Source: Armatimonadia bacterium (GTDB taxonomy: Bacteria; Armatimonadota; Zipacnadia; Zipacnadales; UBA11051). From it: DNA of 59,821 nt. Where the stretch lies: assembly GCA_039683575.1 (NCBI GenBank), contig JBDKRC010000162.1, positions 1 through 59,821 of the forward strand. The letters run 5' to 3'. This document shows positions 9,117-19,075 of this stretch, in pieces; position 1 is the stretch's first letter; each line of letters starts with the position of its first letter. The translations under genes were made by a program, and so were the position numbers. The notes beneath the pieces are model-generated. The model searched no databases, was not told the DNA's origin, and worked only from the letters and a program-made list of their open reading frames with translations.

Positions 9117-9650
9117 TCACTCCCCCTCGAAGTACAGGTACCACCGGTAGCGGCAAAGGCCGCTGTGACAGCAGGCTTCCTTACCCGGCTCGCAGTGCTT
9201 CTCCTCATAGTACCGCCCGCCAGCGACCTGTTCGCGTCGTGCCTGTTTGATGCTGTCGTCATCCCTGGCCACGCGCCCGGCTCGGGCGCGCAGCAGCTTG
9301 ATGACCTCACCGCGTCTTCTGCGAGCGGTCCGTTCCGGAATCCCCAGCGCGAGCGCCAGTTCCGGCACTCCCATGCCGCGGCGCATGAACTCCAGCACCC
9401 GCTCATACTTCGGCGGTAGCTGCGCCTGCCCAATGACATGACTGAGCAGGTCAACGCTACCCGGATAGTCGGCCACGGTCACTACTGGCAGTTCCATGAG
9501 GTGGTCTATCCGGGCGGTCCGCCGCAGCCAGCTCTCGCCATGAAAGGAATACTCCAGATCTCCCGGCTGGTCTGCGTCGGCCCAAAGCAGTCGATCAGCC
9601 TCCTCCTCCATACGTTGTTCCAGTGCCAGGCGGCTGGGGTGATCGTGCAT
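9117..9650 (-). CDS. Small protein with sigma70-region-4/LuxR-like HTH and C-terminal Cys motif
   Basis: LPPKYERVLEFMRRGMGVPELALALGIPERTARRR; HCEPGKEACCHSGLC; AGGAG RBS before ATG 9650. Confidence 0.65.
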   Translation of the reverse strand: MHDHPSRLALEQRMEEEADRLLWADADQPGDLEYSFHGESWLRRTARIDHLMELPVVTVADYPGSVDLLSHVIGQAQLPPKYERVLEFMRRGMGVPELALALGIPERTARRRRGEVIKLLRARAGRVARDDDSIKQARREQVAGGRYYEEKHCEPGKEACCHSGLCRYRWYLYFEGE

Positions 9651-9746
9651 GATGAGGCTCCTTGGGGCAGGTTGCGTTGCGCTGGCCCAACGGTAGCCGC
9701 AGTTATCTGGCATCGACCTTCGCGCCACTGGACAGGAAGCTGGCAG

Positions 9747-9776
9747 ATAGGGCACAATAGTCTGCCAGCGGAATCT
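9747..9776 (+). promoter_or_regulatory. SigH-like promoter motif
   Basis: ATAGGG-N18-GAATCT. Confidence 0.4.
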
Positions 9777-9843
9777 CCGTACCCGCCGCAGCGTCAATAC
9801 GCGTACGGACTTTTCCGGGTCCGAATTACCTGGGGACAAAGAC

Positions 9844-10722
9844 ATGTGCAAGAGATCTGCGATATTGCTGACAGGAATCGTGCTGTCCCTGCTGCTGCCA
9901 CTGGCGGCGCAGGCGCAGGACGGGCCGATGCGAGGGTGGCGCGGCCGCGGGGGAAATTCCCGCGCTGCCGCCCTCTTCGAGGACATCATGCTCCTGCAAC
10001 GGTTGGCGCCCTTGCAGCTCACTGACGCCCAGCTTGACGCCCTCGCCGCGGCCTACCAGAAGCAGCCACAGGTGGCGGCCGAGCAGACCGGACCGTTGGC
10101 CGAGTTGGCGGAGATCAAGCGCGGGCTACTGGCCGGCAATCCCGCCGTCGCCGCGGATCAACAGGCGCTAAGACAGATCATGCAAAAGCTCCAGCGCGCT
10201 CCGGAGCCATCCGCTACCGAACCGACGCTCTCGCCACTGGCCGTTGAGATCTGGGGGCTGCTGACACAGACACAGCGGGCCGCGCTGCTCGGGGACGTCC
10301 GGCAGGCAGCGGCAAATAACCAGCGTGCCGACCAGCAGGCGGCCTTGCGCGCCGTCAAGACGCTGGGGCAATTGCGGGAGCTTGACCAGACGCAGTGGGT
10401 GGCGAGCCGCGACAGGATCGCCCAGGCATTCTCGGAGAACGCCGGGGCGCCGGACACTCCGGCACGGCAGAACTGCCAGAAGATGTTCGTGGAGTTCCTC
10501 GACCGGTTCAAGACCATGAGTGATGTCGACTTCGCAGCCAAGCAGGGAGAACTTGCGACTGAGCTACTGGCACTGCTGCCGCCGGGAACCAATCTGACGG
10601 TCGCGATGGCCACCTATGACCAGCGGCTGCTGCAGAACGCCATGAACATGACCTTCCTGAATCCACGCCTGCCGGACCTCCTCAAGGAAATGAAGGCCGC
10701 AAGGGCCGCACAGGGCGGCTAG
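9844..10722 (+). CDS. Exported helical hypothetical protein
   Basis: Signal peptide ending AAQA; LQLTDAQ and LLTQTQRA (LTxxQ-like) motifs. Confidence 0.65.
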   Translation: MCKRSAILLTGIVLSLLLPLAAQAQDGPMRGWRGRGGNSRAAALFEDIMLLQRLAPLQLTDAQLDALAAAYQKQPQVAAEQTGPLAELAEIKRGLLAGNPAVAADQQALRQIMQKLQRAPEPSATEPTLSPLAVEIWGLLTQTQRAALLGDVRQAAANNQRADQQAALRAVKTLGQLRELDQTQWVASRDRIAQAFSENAGAPDTPARQNCQKMFVEFLDRFKTMSDVDFAAKQGELATELLALLPPGTNLTVAMATYDQRLLQNAMNMTFLNPRLPDLLKEMKAARAAQGG

Positions 10723-10770
10723 GGGCCCGTAGACGCATTTGTGTAAGTCGAAACTTTTTTCCGCGCCGGG

Positions 10771-10800
10771 GAAGGTCAAGGGGCCTACGGCGCGGAACAC
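10771..10800 (+). promoter_or_regulatory. SigH-like promoter motif
   Basis: GAAGGT-N18-GAACAC. Confidence 0.45.
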
Positions 10801-10830
10801 GCCGTTTCTGCATCTATTGTCAGCGTCAGA

Positions 10831-12837
10831 ATGCTGTTTGGAGCTTCAACTACTATGCGCATGCGTGAGGCCGAAGAGCTAGCACAATATCGGTCGCTGA
10901 TGGAGGCGCCCGAGACCTACAAAGACGGTTTTGGCTGGAAAACCGTCCTCGGCGCGCTCTTCATCGGTTTCGTGATGATGCCCGGCTCGATCTACCTGGG
11001 CCTCGTGGTCGGACAGACCATGGGTCCCGCTGCCGAGTGGACTACCATCATTCTCTTTACCGAGATTGCCCGCCGGTCGTTCACCGTCTTGTCCAAGCAG
11101 GAAGTCTACCTGCTCTACTACGTGGCTGGCGGTCTAGCGGCTGGCGGCGGCACCCTCGGCCTTTCCGGTGGCCCCTTCGCCAACTTCGTCTGGAACCAGT
11201 TCCTGCGAAATCCCTCCGTTGCTCCCGCTGGTCTGGGTGAGCAGGTACCCAACTGGGTCGCCCCGCCCTCGACCTCGGAAGCCATCATGCGCCGGACGTT
11301 CGTCCACCCCGACTGGCTGCCCGCCATTGGCGTCCTGATCGTCACCATGATCTTCTCGCGCCTGGCGTGGTTCACGTTTGGCTATGTGCTGTTCCGCCTC
11401 ACCTCCGACGGCGAGAAGCTGCCTTTCCCGCTGGCTCCCGTGGCCGCGCAGGGAGCCACGGCCCTTGCCGAGGCCTCCAGCAAGGAGGAAACCTGGCGCT
11501 GGCGGATCTTCTCCATCGGCAGCATGATCGGGATCGCTTTCGGTCTCATCTATGTGGCGATTCCCACGCTCTCAGGCGTGATCCTGATCCAGCCCATCCA
11601 GATCCTGCCCATCCCGTTCATTGACTTCACCCAGGGCACGGAGCGGATCCTGCCGGGTGCGGCCATCGGTATCGGCACCAACATTGTCACCGTCTTCAGC
11701 GGCTTCGTCCTGCCCTTCTGGATGGTTGCGGGCAGCTTCTGCGCCATGTTGGCCACGATGATCGTTAACCCCGTGGCCGCAGTCACAGGGCACCTGCCCA
11801 CCTGGCGCCCCGGCATGGAGTCCATGCGCACGATCTGGGCGGCCAGCATCGATATCTGGCTCTCCTTCGGTATCGGCACCGCTTTCGCAGTCGCCGCGCT
11901 CGGTATCATCAAGATGATCACCGACTGGCGCCGGGCGAAGAGAGAGGGCAAAGCCGTCTCATTCGGCTTCGGCACGCCCCCTCCCGGCCGTGGCGACTTC
12001 AGTATCGCCTGGTGCATGGTGATCTTCCTCGCCTGCACCACCGGCTACGTGATCCTTACGAAGATGCTTGTGCCGGACTTCCCGATCTACTTCGTACTCT
12101 TCTTCGGCTACATCTGGACGCCGTTCGAGTCCTACATCAATGCTCGTATGGTGGGTCTCACCGGTCAGCCCGTAGCCATCCCGATGCTCCGTGAGGCCAC
12201 TTTCATCTATAGCGGCTACAAGGGTGTCGGCATCTGGTTCGCCCCAATCCCGATCTCCAACTACGGTGGCACCGCAGCCCAGTTCCGTTCCGTAGAGTTG
12301 ACCGGGACCAAGTTCACCTCGCTCATCAAGGCTGAACTGCTGGCCTTCCCAATCCTGCTGGTCTGCAGCTTCATCTTCTGGAGCTACGTCTGGAAGCTCA
12401 ACCCGATCCCCAGCGCCTACTACCCGTACACCCAGAAGTTCTGGGATTACGAGGCCATGAACCGCTGGCTGTGGATCACTTCCACCACTCCTGGCGGCAC
12501 CGCGGAGATGTTCCAACGCGCGATCAAGCCGGGCCTGATCGTGGGCGGTGTCGGCTTTGGGATGATTGCCTACTACATCCTGAGTTGGCTCAACGTGCCC
12601 ATCATGCTGATCTACGGCTTCATTCGCGGCCTGGGCACAATTCCTCACTTCATCGTGCCGGAGTTTATCGGTGCCGTGATCGGCAAGTACTACCTGGCCA
12701 AGCGCTTTGGCGAAGCTAACTGGCGTCGCTGGCCCCCAGTACTGCTCGCCGGAGTGTCCTGCGGAATGGGCCTTGTGGCAATGCTTGCCATCGCCATCGC
12801 CCTCCTGAAGAGCTCGATCACCGAGCTGCCCTTCTAG
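10831..12837 (+). CDS. OPT/YSL-like polytopic membrane transporter (putative peptide transporter)
   Basis: About 16 TM segments, EKLPFPLAPV and NPIPSAYYP motifs; true start may be 10855 or 10861. Confidence 0.65.
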   Translation: MLFGASTTMRMREAEELAQYRSLMEAPETYKDGFGWKTVLGALFIGFVMMPGSIYLGLVVGQTMGPAAEWTTIILFTEIARRSFTVLSKQEVYLLYYVAGGLAAGGGTLGLSGGPFANFVWNQFLRNPSVAPAGLGEQVPNWVAPPSTSEAIMRRTFVHPDWLPAIGVLIVTMIFSRLAWFTFGYVLFRLTSDGEKLPFPLAPVAAQGATALAEASSKEETWRWRIFSIGSMIGIAFGLIYVAIPTLSGVILIQPIQILPIPFIDFTQGTERILPGAAIGIGTNIVTVFSGFVLPFWMVAGSFCAMLATMIVNPVAAVTGHLPTWRPGMESMRTIWAASIDIWLSFGIGTAFAVAALGIIKMITDWRRAKREGKAVSFGFGTPPPGRGDFSIAWCMVIFLACTTGYVILTKMLVPDFPIYFVLFFGYIWTPFESYINARMVGLTGQPVAIPMLREATFIYSGYKGVGIWFAPIPISNYGGTAAQFRSVELTGTKFTSLIKAELLAFPILLVCSFIFWSYVWKLNPIPSAYYPYTQKFWDYEAMNRWLWITSTTPGGTAEMFQRAIKPGLIVGGVGFGMIAYYILSWLNVPIMLIYGFIRGLGTIPHFIVPEFIGAVIGKYYLAKRFGEANWRRWPPVLLAGVSCGMGLVAMLAIAIALLKSSITELPF

Positions 12838-12861
12838 GGGCACACTACCCCTCAAAAACAG

Positions 12862-12892
12862 ACAGGGCGCACCATCCGGTGCGCCCTGTTTT
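12862..12892. terminator. Terminator between convergent genes (possibly bidirectional)
   Basis: ACAGGGCGCACC-atcc-GGTGCGCCCTGT-TTT with an A-run upstream. Confidence 0.75.
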
Positions 12893-12923
12893 GCGATTGG
12901 TTCCCAGTCGCCAATTCCCCGCC

Positions 12924-13943
12924 CTAGAGCGGCAACTCCACCCGCCGCCCCTCCTCCATGCTCTTCACGGCCGCGTGGTAGATCTCCTGGCACGCGCGGC
13001 CATCAAGGCCCGTCGCCCGCGGCGTGTCGCCTGTCTTGATGCAGTGGACGAAGTCGTTGATCTGTCCCTGCCCCCAGGTCTCCTCATTCCGCCGGTTCAT
13101 GTACTCCACGATCTCCTCACCCTCGGGGCGGGAGACCTTGATGCCGTATCTGCGGTCCTCAATCGGTGCGCCTTCGTGAATGCTGCCTTCAGGGCCGATG
13201 ACGTCCATGCCGCGGAAGCCGGCTGTGGTGCCTCGTGCCAGGCTCCATGACCACTGGATCAACGCTGTGTCAGCGCTTTGGAAGTATAGGATCACGATCG
13301 GGTTGTCGAGCACATCGCCGTGGTGGCTGAGGTGCTCCATGTGGGCGGTTACGGCCCGCACATCACCGAAGGTGTAGCGCAGGAAGTCGAGATCGTGCGC
13401 TCCGCTCTCCAGCAACGGGCCGTCGCTGAACCGCGAATCGCTGTACCACTCGCCATAGTTCGGCGGGCCGGGCGCGGCACCGCAGATGAGTCGCCGCCAC
13501 ATGCACGGCCTGCCCGCCTTGCCCTCCTGCACGAGCTTGCGCACCATGCCCCAGTCGTCGTCAAACCGTCGCACGAAGCCGATCTGGAGCACCTTGCCCG
13601 TCTCTTCGGCGGCTGCCAGCATGGTGTCGCATTCCTCCAGGGAGCGGGCCATGGGCTTTTCGCAGAGTACGTGCTTGCCACTCTTGAGCGTCTTGATCGT
13701 GGCATCGGCGTGGAAACGCGCGGGGATGCCGATGACGATCGCATCCAGATCGTCCATCGCAATCAGCTCATCATAGTTCCCGACAAAGCGCGGCGCGTTG
13801 AACTGCTCCGCCCGCGCCTTTGCCTGCTCCACATTCGCATCGGCAACGCAGACGATCTCACAGTCATCCCGCGCGGCAATGGCCGGCAGATGAAGATTGC
13901 TGATCGCGCCCGCACCGATCATCCCGAAACGCAACTTGGGCAT
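12924..13943 (-). CDS. Gfo/Idh/MocA family oxidoreductase
   Basis: GMIGAGAIS, HVLCEKPMA, GFVRRF, HDLD; GGAGG RBS. Confidence 0.92.
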   Translation of the reverse strand: MPKLRFGMIGAGAISNLHLPAIAARDDCEIVCVADANVEQAKARAEQFNAPRFVGNYDELIAMDDLDAIVIGIPARFHADATIKTLKSGKHVLCEKPMARSLEECDTMLAAAEETGKVLQIGFVRRFDDDWGMVRKLVQEGKAGRPCMWRRLICGAAPGPPNYGEWYSDSRFSDGPLLESGAHDLDFLRYTFGDVRAVTAHMEHLSHHGDVLDNPIVILYFQSADTALIQWSWSLARGTTAGFRGMDVIGPEGSIHEGAPIEDRRYGIKVSRPEGEEIVEYMNRRNEETWGQGQINDFVHCIKTGDTPRATGLDGRACQEIYHAAVKSMEEGRRVELPL

Positions 13944-14080
13944 CAACTACCTCCCTTGGGGGGTCTCCGGAAAAGCAACGAGGCGCTCCATTCGCTGAAG
14001 CGCCTCATCATACCTCCCGACACTCTCAGGCACTCCCGACATTCGCGTCGGGCCGTCGTCGTACCACCTACTGGCCATTG

Positions 14081-14110
14081 AGATTCTGCATCCCGGTCGC
14101 AAGTTCCTGC
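14081..14110 (-). promoter_or_regulatory. SigH-like promoter motif
   Basis: GCAGGA-N18-GAATCT on the minus strand. Confidence 0.5.
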
Positions 14111-14126
14111 GGTCTGGTGCGGCGGG

Positions 14127-14156
14127 GAAGGAGAACGAGACGGCGATAGCGAAACG
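14127..14156 (+). promoter_or_regulatory. SigH-like promoter motif
   Basis: GAAGGA-N18-GAAACG. Confidence 0.4.
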
Positions 14157-14186
14157 CCAGGCTCGAACTTCCACCGGAGGTCTCCC

Positions 14187-15422
14187 ATGCGCCGCCTACT
14201 GCTACTTCTCGTGCTACTTTCCTTCGTGACCGGGGCTACCGCCGCCAGACGTCAGACAGCGCGAAAGCCTGCTCCGAAGCCCGCTGCCAAGCCTGCTCCG
14301 AAGCCCACCCCCAAACCCACCCCACCCGCGGAGAAACCGATGAACCTGCGCTTGCTTCTGCCTGCCGAGATTCCCGCCGTCCCCGGCCGTGAAGTGAACC
14401 TGTACTATGACAACGTCATCCTGCATCCCCGTTCCGACCTTTTCATCTACGACGTGGATTGCCCCAAGGGCATGCAGCAGCAGGAACGCTACACCTGGAC
14501 GCCGAAGCCCGAGGAAGTGGGCTTATTCCCGCTGACCCTCAAGATCTCAGATCTGAATGGCAAACTGCTCGCCGAGGGTACGACCAACATTCATGTCTAT
14601 CCGCTTGACGCTGGCGCCGGCAAGGCAGTCTCCGCCTTGATCATCGGCGACAGCCTCACCGGCGCGTCTGTCTATCCCGATGAGATCTACAATCTCATGC
14701 AGCAGCCCGGCAACCCGCAGTTCACCATGATTGGCAATGTGATCCCCAACAAGGACAAGCCAGGCGCGAAGCATGAGGGTTACGGTGGTTGGCGCGCGGC
14801 CACCTTCGTGAGCCAGTGGGGCCCCGAGCCGGTGGTCAACGGCCGCCGGGCCCGCAGCCCGTTCCTCTACGAGAAGGAGGGCAAGCCGGTCCTGGACTTC
14901 AAGCAGTACCTCGCCGAGCAGAACGCCGGACAGGCCCCCGACTTCATTACCATCCTCCTCGGCTGCAACGACAACTTCGGCGCCAAGGACGACACCATAG
15001 AGGCCAGCATCGATGACTTCCTCAGAAACATGGACATCCTGATCGCCGAATTCCACAAGGTCCGTCCGGACACCAAGATTGGCGTCGTCTCGCTGATGCC
15101 GGGTGCCGCGACGCAGGATGCCTTCGGAGCCAACTATGGCTGCGGTCAGACCCGCTGGCAGTACAAGAAGAACCAGCACCGGGTCATGGAGCGCGTCGTG
15201 GCGAAGTACGGCAACCGCGAAGCCGAGAACATCTACCTCGTTCCCGCCTATGTCAGTCTGGACGCCGTCAACAACTATCCGAAGGCCAAGGGCCCGGCCA
15301 ACGCCAGGGGAGACGCCACCGACTTCTCCCGCCTGTGCAATGGCGTTCACCCCGCTGCGAGCGGCTACAAGCAGCTTGCGGACGGCATCTACTGCTGGAT
15401 GAAGGGGCAGTTGTCGAAGTAG
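14187..15422 (+). CDS. Exported SGNH/GDSL hydrolase
   Basis: Signal peptide, KP repeats, IGDSLT, HEGYGGW, LGCND, GVHP. Confidence 0.88.
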   Translation: MRRLLLLLVLLSFVTGATAARRQTARKPAPKPAAKPAPKPTPKPTPPAEKPMNLRLLLPAEIPAVPGREVNLYYDNVILHPRSDLFIYDVDCPKGMQQQERYTWTPKPEEVGLFPLTLKISDLNGKLLAEGTTNIHVYPLDAGAGKAVSALIIGDSLTGASVYPDEIYNLMQQPGNPQFTMIGNVIPNKDKPGAKHEGYGGWRAATFVSQWGPEPVVNGRRARSPFLYEKEGKPVLDFKQYLAEQNAGQAPDFITILLGCNDNFGAKDDTIEASIDDFLRNMDILIAEFHKVRPDTKIGVVSLMPGAATQDAFGANYGCGQTRWQYKKNQHRVMERVVAKYGNREAENIYLVPAYVSLDAVNNYPKAKGPANARGDATDFSRLCNGVHPAASGYKQLADGIYCWMKGQLSK

Positions 15423-15469
15423 CGGAGACCCGCAAAACACAATTGTCGCGCATGGAGGGAGAGAACGCA

Positions 15470-16453
15470 ATGTCTGACACCATCAAGATCGGACTCATTG
15501 GTTGCGGAGGATTGGGCCGGGCACAGGCAAAGATCGCCGCCGCGGAACCAGGCGTGGAGTTTGCCGCTGTGTCTGACGTGAACCTGCAGAGTGCGCAGGA
15601 GGTGGCGGCGGAGCACAGCGTGCCCGTGGCCGTGGATGACCATCGGAAGCTGCTGGAGCTCGGCTTGGACGGCGTTCTCGTTGTGACGCCGACGTTCACT
15701 CACAAGGACATCTGCCTCGACGCCGCGCGGGCCGGGGTCAACATGTTCTGCGAAAAGCCCATGGCGACCTCAGTCGCCGACTGTGAAGAGATGATCCAGG
15801 CGGCCAGAGCGGCCAAAGTGCAGCTCATGATCGGCTTTGTGATGCGCTTCTACCCGGCGTACGTGGAGATGAAGCGCCGGATCGACGCCGGTGACATCGG
15901 TGACGTTCGCCTGGCGTGGTCGGTGCGTATGGGTGGTCGGCCGCCGGTCGGGATCGGTGAGTGGCGCCGCGAGGCCAGCAAGGTCGGCGGCCTCTACTCC
16001 GCCGCCGTCCACCAGATGGACCTGCTGCTGTGGATGGGCGGGCCGGTCCAAATGGTCGAGGGCCTCTGCAACTGGGGCACCTTCGCCGACACCGATACCG
16101 AGGACAGCATCATCATCTCCTGGCGCCACGAGAACGGTGCCATCGGCTCCCTGCACAGCAGCCAGCTATATCCTGTCGGCGGCAGCGCCTACGGCGTGGG
16201 TGGCAGCAAGGGTGCCATGAAGATCGAAGGCAATACCTTGCACGTCGCCGACCACGAAGGTCACAGCGAAGCAATTGACGTGCCCACGGATGAGCCGCCG
16301 CTGACGCTGGAGCTACGGCATTTCTTCGATTGCGTGCGTACTGGCGAGCCGAACCGCATCCCGGGCGAGGCCGGGCGAGACGCTCAGGCGGTCTTCGAGG
16401 CCGCGTACATGTCATCCGAACGCAACGCGCCGGTGTCGCTGCCTCTGAAGTGA
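15470..16453 (+). CDS. Gfo/Idh/MocA family oxidoreductase
   Basis: GLIGCGGLG, FCEKPMA, GFVMRF, HQMD. Confidence 0.92.
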   Translation: MSDTIKIGLIGCGGLGRAQAKIAAAEPGVEFAAVSDVNLQSAQEVAAEHSVPVAVDDHRKLLELGLDGVLVVTPTFTHKDICLDAARAGVNMFCEKPMATSVADCEEMIQAARAAKVQLMIGFVMRFYPAYVEMKRRIDAGDIGDVRLAWSVRMGGRPPVGIGEWRREASKVGGLYSAAVHQMDLLLWMGGPVQMVEGLCNWGTFADTDTEDSIIISWRHENGAIGSLHSSQLYPVGGSAYGVGGSKGAMKIEGNTLHVADHEGHSEAIDVPTDEPPLTLELRHFFDCVRTGEPNRIPGEAGRDAQAVFEAAYMSSERNAPVSLPLK

Positions 16454-16472
16454 TGGAAGGGACACAATAGCA

Positions 16473-17777
16473 ATGAAAAACGCCATAGGGTTCGGCATCG
16501 TCGCACTCATGGTACTGGCCGCCACAGCGGGCTGCCCGGCTGCCACGACCACTGAAATGCGCGGAGTGTGGATGAACGCGTCGCAGACGGCGAAGACCGA
16601 AACGGCTGAGCAGACGGCTGAGCGCCTTGAAGGCCATGGCTTCAACGCAGTCTTCGTGTGGTACGAAGCAAACTCCGAGCCCATGCGTAATCTGATCGCC
16701 GCCTGCCGCAGGCATCACGTGGCGACCCATATATGGCTCTTCCGGCCGCCGGTCGAGAAGAAAGAGGCTTGGAAATGCCTTTCCTATGATCTCGCCAAGG
16801 GCACGATGGTGCCGGGACATGAGTGCCTTTGCGATGAGGAGTACCTACAGGCGTGCGAGGAGAAGGTGCGGCAGATCGCGCGCGAGTACGACGTGGATGG
16901 CATTCACTTCGACGAGGTAGGCTTCGGTCAGCCCTGGCAGAGCCTGTGTGACCGCTGCAGGCAGTCGTTCATAGCGGAAACGAACGCCAAAGTCTCAGAC
17001 TGGCCCAACGACGTCATGCGGCTGGGGCAAATCACCCGCACCAACACACTCAACCTCGGTGCCTGGCGGGGGCCCTGCCTGGATGCCTTCGTCCAGTGGC
17101 GCTGTGGACGAGTGGCCAAGTACCTCCGGCGTCTATCAGACGCGGCGAAGTCAGTTCGGCCTCTGACGGTGTCCTATGCTGCGATGGCCGAGCCCTCCGC
17201 CGACGAAGTGTTCTACGGCGAGAACCTCGCGGAACTGGCCAAGATCTTCGACTTCATCGTCCCCATGAGCTACTACACCCAATACAGCGGCATGAGCGGG
17301 GGGCGGCCTGAGTGGACTGCGGAGATCTGCCAGACACTCGCCACCTGGATTCACCAGGGCAACCCCAAGTGCCAGGTATACGCCGGCATCTCCGCCTATG
17401 GAGCTGACGGCGGCTGGTTCGCGCCGATTCGTGAGCTGTACGAGAAGCTGGTTGCCGCGGGGACGATCACGCCCGAGCAGCGCACCGAGCACCTGAAGTA
17501 CCGCACCTGCAAACAGGGCTTCGACAGCCTCGAATGGCTGCGCGCGGAGGGCAAGGTAAGCCAGGATGAGTACGAGCAGGTGAAGGCCAAGCTTGAGGCC
17601 CGTACTCCCACCTCTGAAGAGATGGTGCGTGCGGTTCGCTCGATCCGCAAGGCGGGCCTGCCCGGGTTCGTGTTCTTCCGCTACGAGTGCATGTCTGAGG
17701 ATGCAGTGCAAGGTGTCATCGGCCAGGACCTCTGGCCGCGCCTGAAAGATACCCTTGCAGAGACCACAGGGCCCTAA
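16473..17777 (+). CDS. Exported GHL10/DUF187-like glycoside hydrolase
   Basis: EMRGVW, YDVDGIHFD, DFIVPMSY, GFVFFRY; signal peptide. Confidence 0.75.
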   Translation: MKNAIGFGIVALMVLAATAGCPAATTTEMRGVWMNASQTAKTETAEQTAERLEGHGFNAVFVWYEANSEPMRNLIAACRRHHVATHIWLFRPPVEKKEAWKCLSYDLAKGTMVPGHECLCDEEYLQACEEKVRQIAREYDVDGIHFDEVGFGQPWQSLCDRCRQSFIAETNAKVSDWPNDVMRLGQITRTNTLNLGAWRGPCLDAFVQWRCGRVAKYLRRLSDAAKSVRPLTVSYAAMAEPSADEVFYGENLAELAKIFDFIVPMSYYTQYSGMSGGRPEWTAEICQTLATWIHQGNPKCQVYAGISAYGADGGWFAPIRELYEKLVAAGTITPEQRTEHLKYRTCKQGFDSLEWLRAEGKVSQDEYEQVKAKLEARTPTSEEMVRAVRSIRKAGLPGFVFFRYECMSEDAVQGVIGQDLWPRLKDTLAETTGP

Positions 17778-17803
17778 CGGCTGCTCAAGTTCGGAGGGAA
17801 TCC

Positions 17804-19069
17804 ATGCCTGCCACCTTCCGCCCTGCCGTGGCCTCCGATGTTCCCGCCATCGTGGATATAGAGTGTCGCGCCTTTGGCCGTGACACGGCCGAATCCCGCG
17901 ACTACAAACGGCGGGAACTCGACCACGAACTGCCTGACTACGTTGTCCTGGAGGACGCCGGCCAGGTTGTGGCCGCGGCCCGCGTACTCCGTCACTGGCT
18001 GCAGGTAGGCCGCTGCGCCGTGCTCAAGGGCGACGTGGGCCATGTCGCGGTTCTTCCGGAGCTGCATGGCAAGGGCCACGGAACCACCCTCATGCAGCGC
18101 CTCATCCCGTACCTGCGCGACAACGGCTTCCACCTCTCGCGGCTCGGCGGCCTGATGAAGTTCTACAGTCGCTTCGGCTATGAGCCCTTCTTGCGGCGCT
18201 ACGTGCACCTGCCGGTGCATCCGCTGGATGACGAGATCAAGGGGAGGCCCTGGGGCCAGATCTACGCTCTCACGCCCCAGGAGCAAGCCTGTGTGCGCCG
18301 CTATGACCCCTCACGCGACGGGCAGGCGGTCCATGAACTGCGTTTGCGGTTCAACCATAGCCGTTGCGGACACCTCCTGTTGTCTGACGCCCCTCCGCCT
18401 CCCACCACCGCCGGCCCCAATCCCGACGCGTACGACTTCGTCTACGAGGAGAACGGCGATGTTCGCGCCTTTCTTCGTGGCGCCGTCGGGCTCGTCAACG
18501 CCGGCGACCCAGCCCCGAGCTACAGGATTGATGAACTAGTCGCGGACTACGACCACCCGCAGGCCGTCGCCCCGCTGCTCAAGCACTTCATCCAGCAGGC
18601 TGCGCGGATCGCCCCGACTACCATCAGTTGTCGGTTACCCTACGATGAGTGGCTTTTCGGCCTCGCGCGGCAGGCTCAGCTCTATCTGGAGGTCAGCGAG
18701 TGGCGTCAGTCGGTGGATGGCAACATGATGCAGGTCATCAACCTGCCCGAGACCTTGCGCGCCGGCATACCTGAGTGGCACGCGCGCCTGCACGAGGCGG
18801 GTGTGATCCCGTGGCTGGGGAAGGTGCATTTCCGTCTGCCGAACGATGAGGCGGTGCTTGAAATCACGCCTGATTCAGTGGAAGTGGGGGAGGGGACGCA
18901 GGGGGACGTCACTGTCACGGCCTCGCAGGCCGATTTCATCATGTGGCTGCTGGGCATCGGGGGCTTCGGCGAATTTCCGCACCTCTCGGCGCATCTGACC
19001 GGACCGCAGCGCCTGACGCTCTCGATCATCTTCCCCCGCCTGCCCTGCGCCTCGGGCGTGTGGGGATAG
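17804..19069 (+). CDS. Eis-like GNAT acetyltransferase
   Basis: VGHVAVLPELHGKGHGTTLM, FYSRFGY; about 420 aa with a second GNAT-like and an SCP2-like C-terminal region. Confidence 0.8.
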   Translation: MPATFRPAVASDVPAIVDIECRAFGRDTAESRDYKRRELDHELPDYVVLEDAGQVVAAARVLRHWLQVGRCAVLKGDVGHVAVLPELHGKGHGTTLMQRLIPYLRDNGFHLSRLGGLMKFYSRFGYEPFLRRYVHLPVHPLDDEIKGRPWGQIYALTPQEQACVRRYDPSRDGQAVHELRLRFNHSRCGHLLLSDAPPPPTTAGPNPDAYDFVYEENGDVRAFLRGAVGLVNAGDPAPSYRIDELVADYDHPQAVAPLLKHFIQQAARIAPTTISCRLPYDEWLFGLARQAQLYLEVSEWRQSVDGNMMQVINLPETLRAGIPEWHARLHEAGVIPWLGKVHFRLPNDEAVLEITPDSVEVGEGTQGDVTVTASQADFIMWLLGIGGFGEFPHLSAHLTGPQRLTLSIIFPRLPCASGVWG

Positions 19070-19075
19070 CCGCTC

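Noticed and set aside
13950-14045. Hairpin GAGGCGCT/AGCGCCTC in the leader of the oxidoreductase as a riboswitch
   Set aside because: A single short stem with no recognisable aptamer motif.
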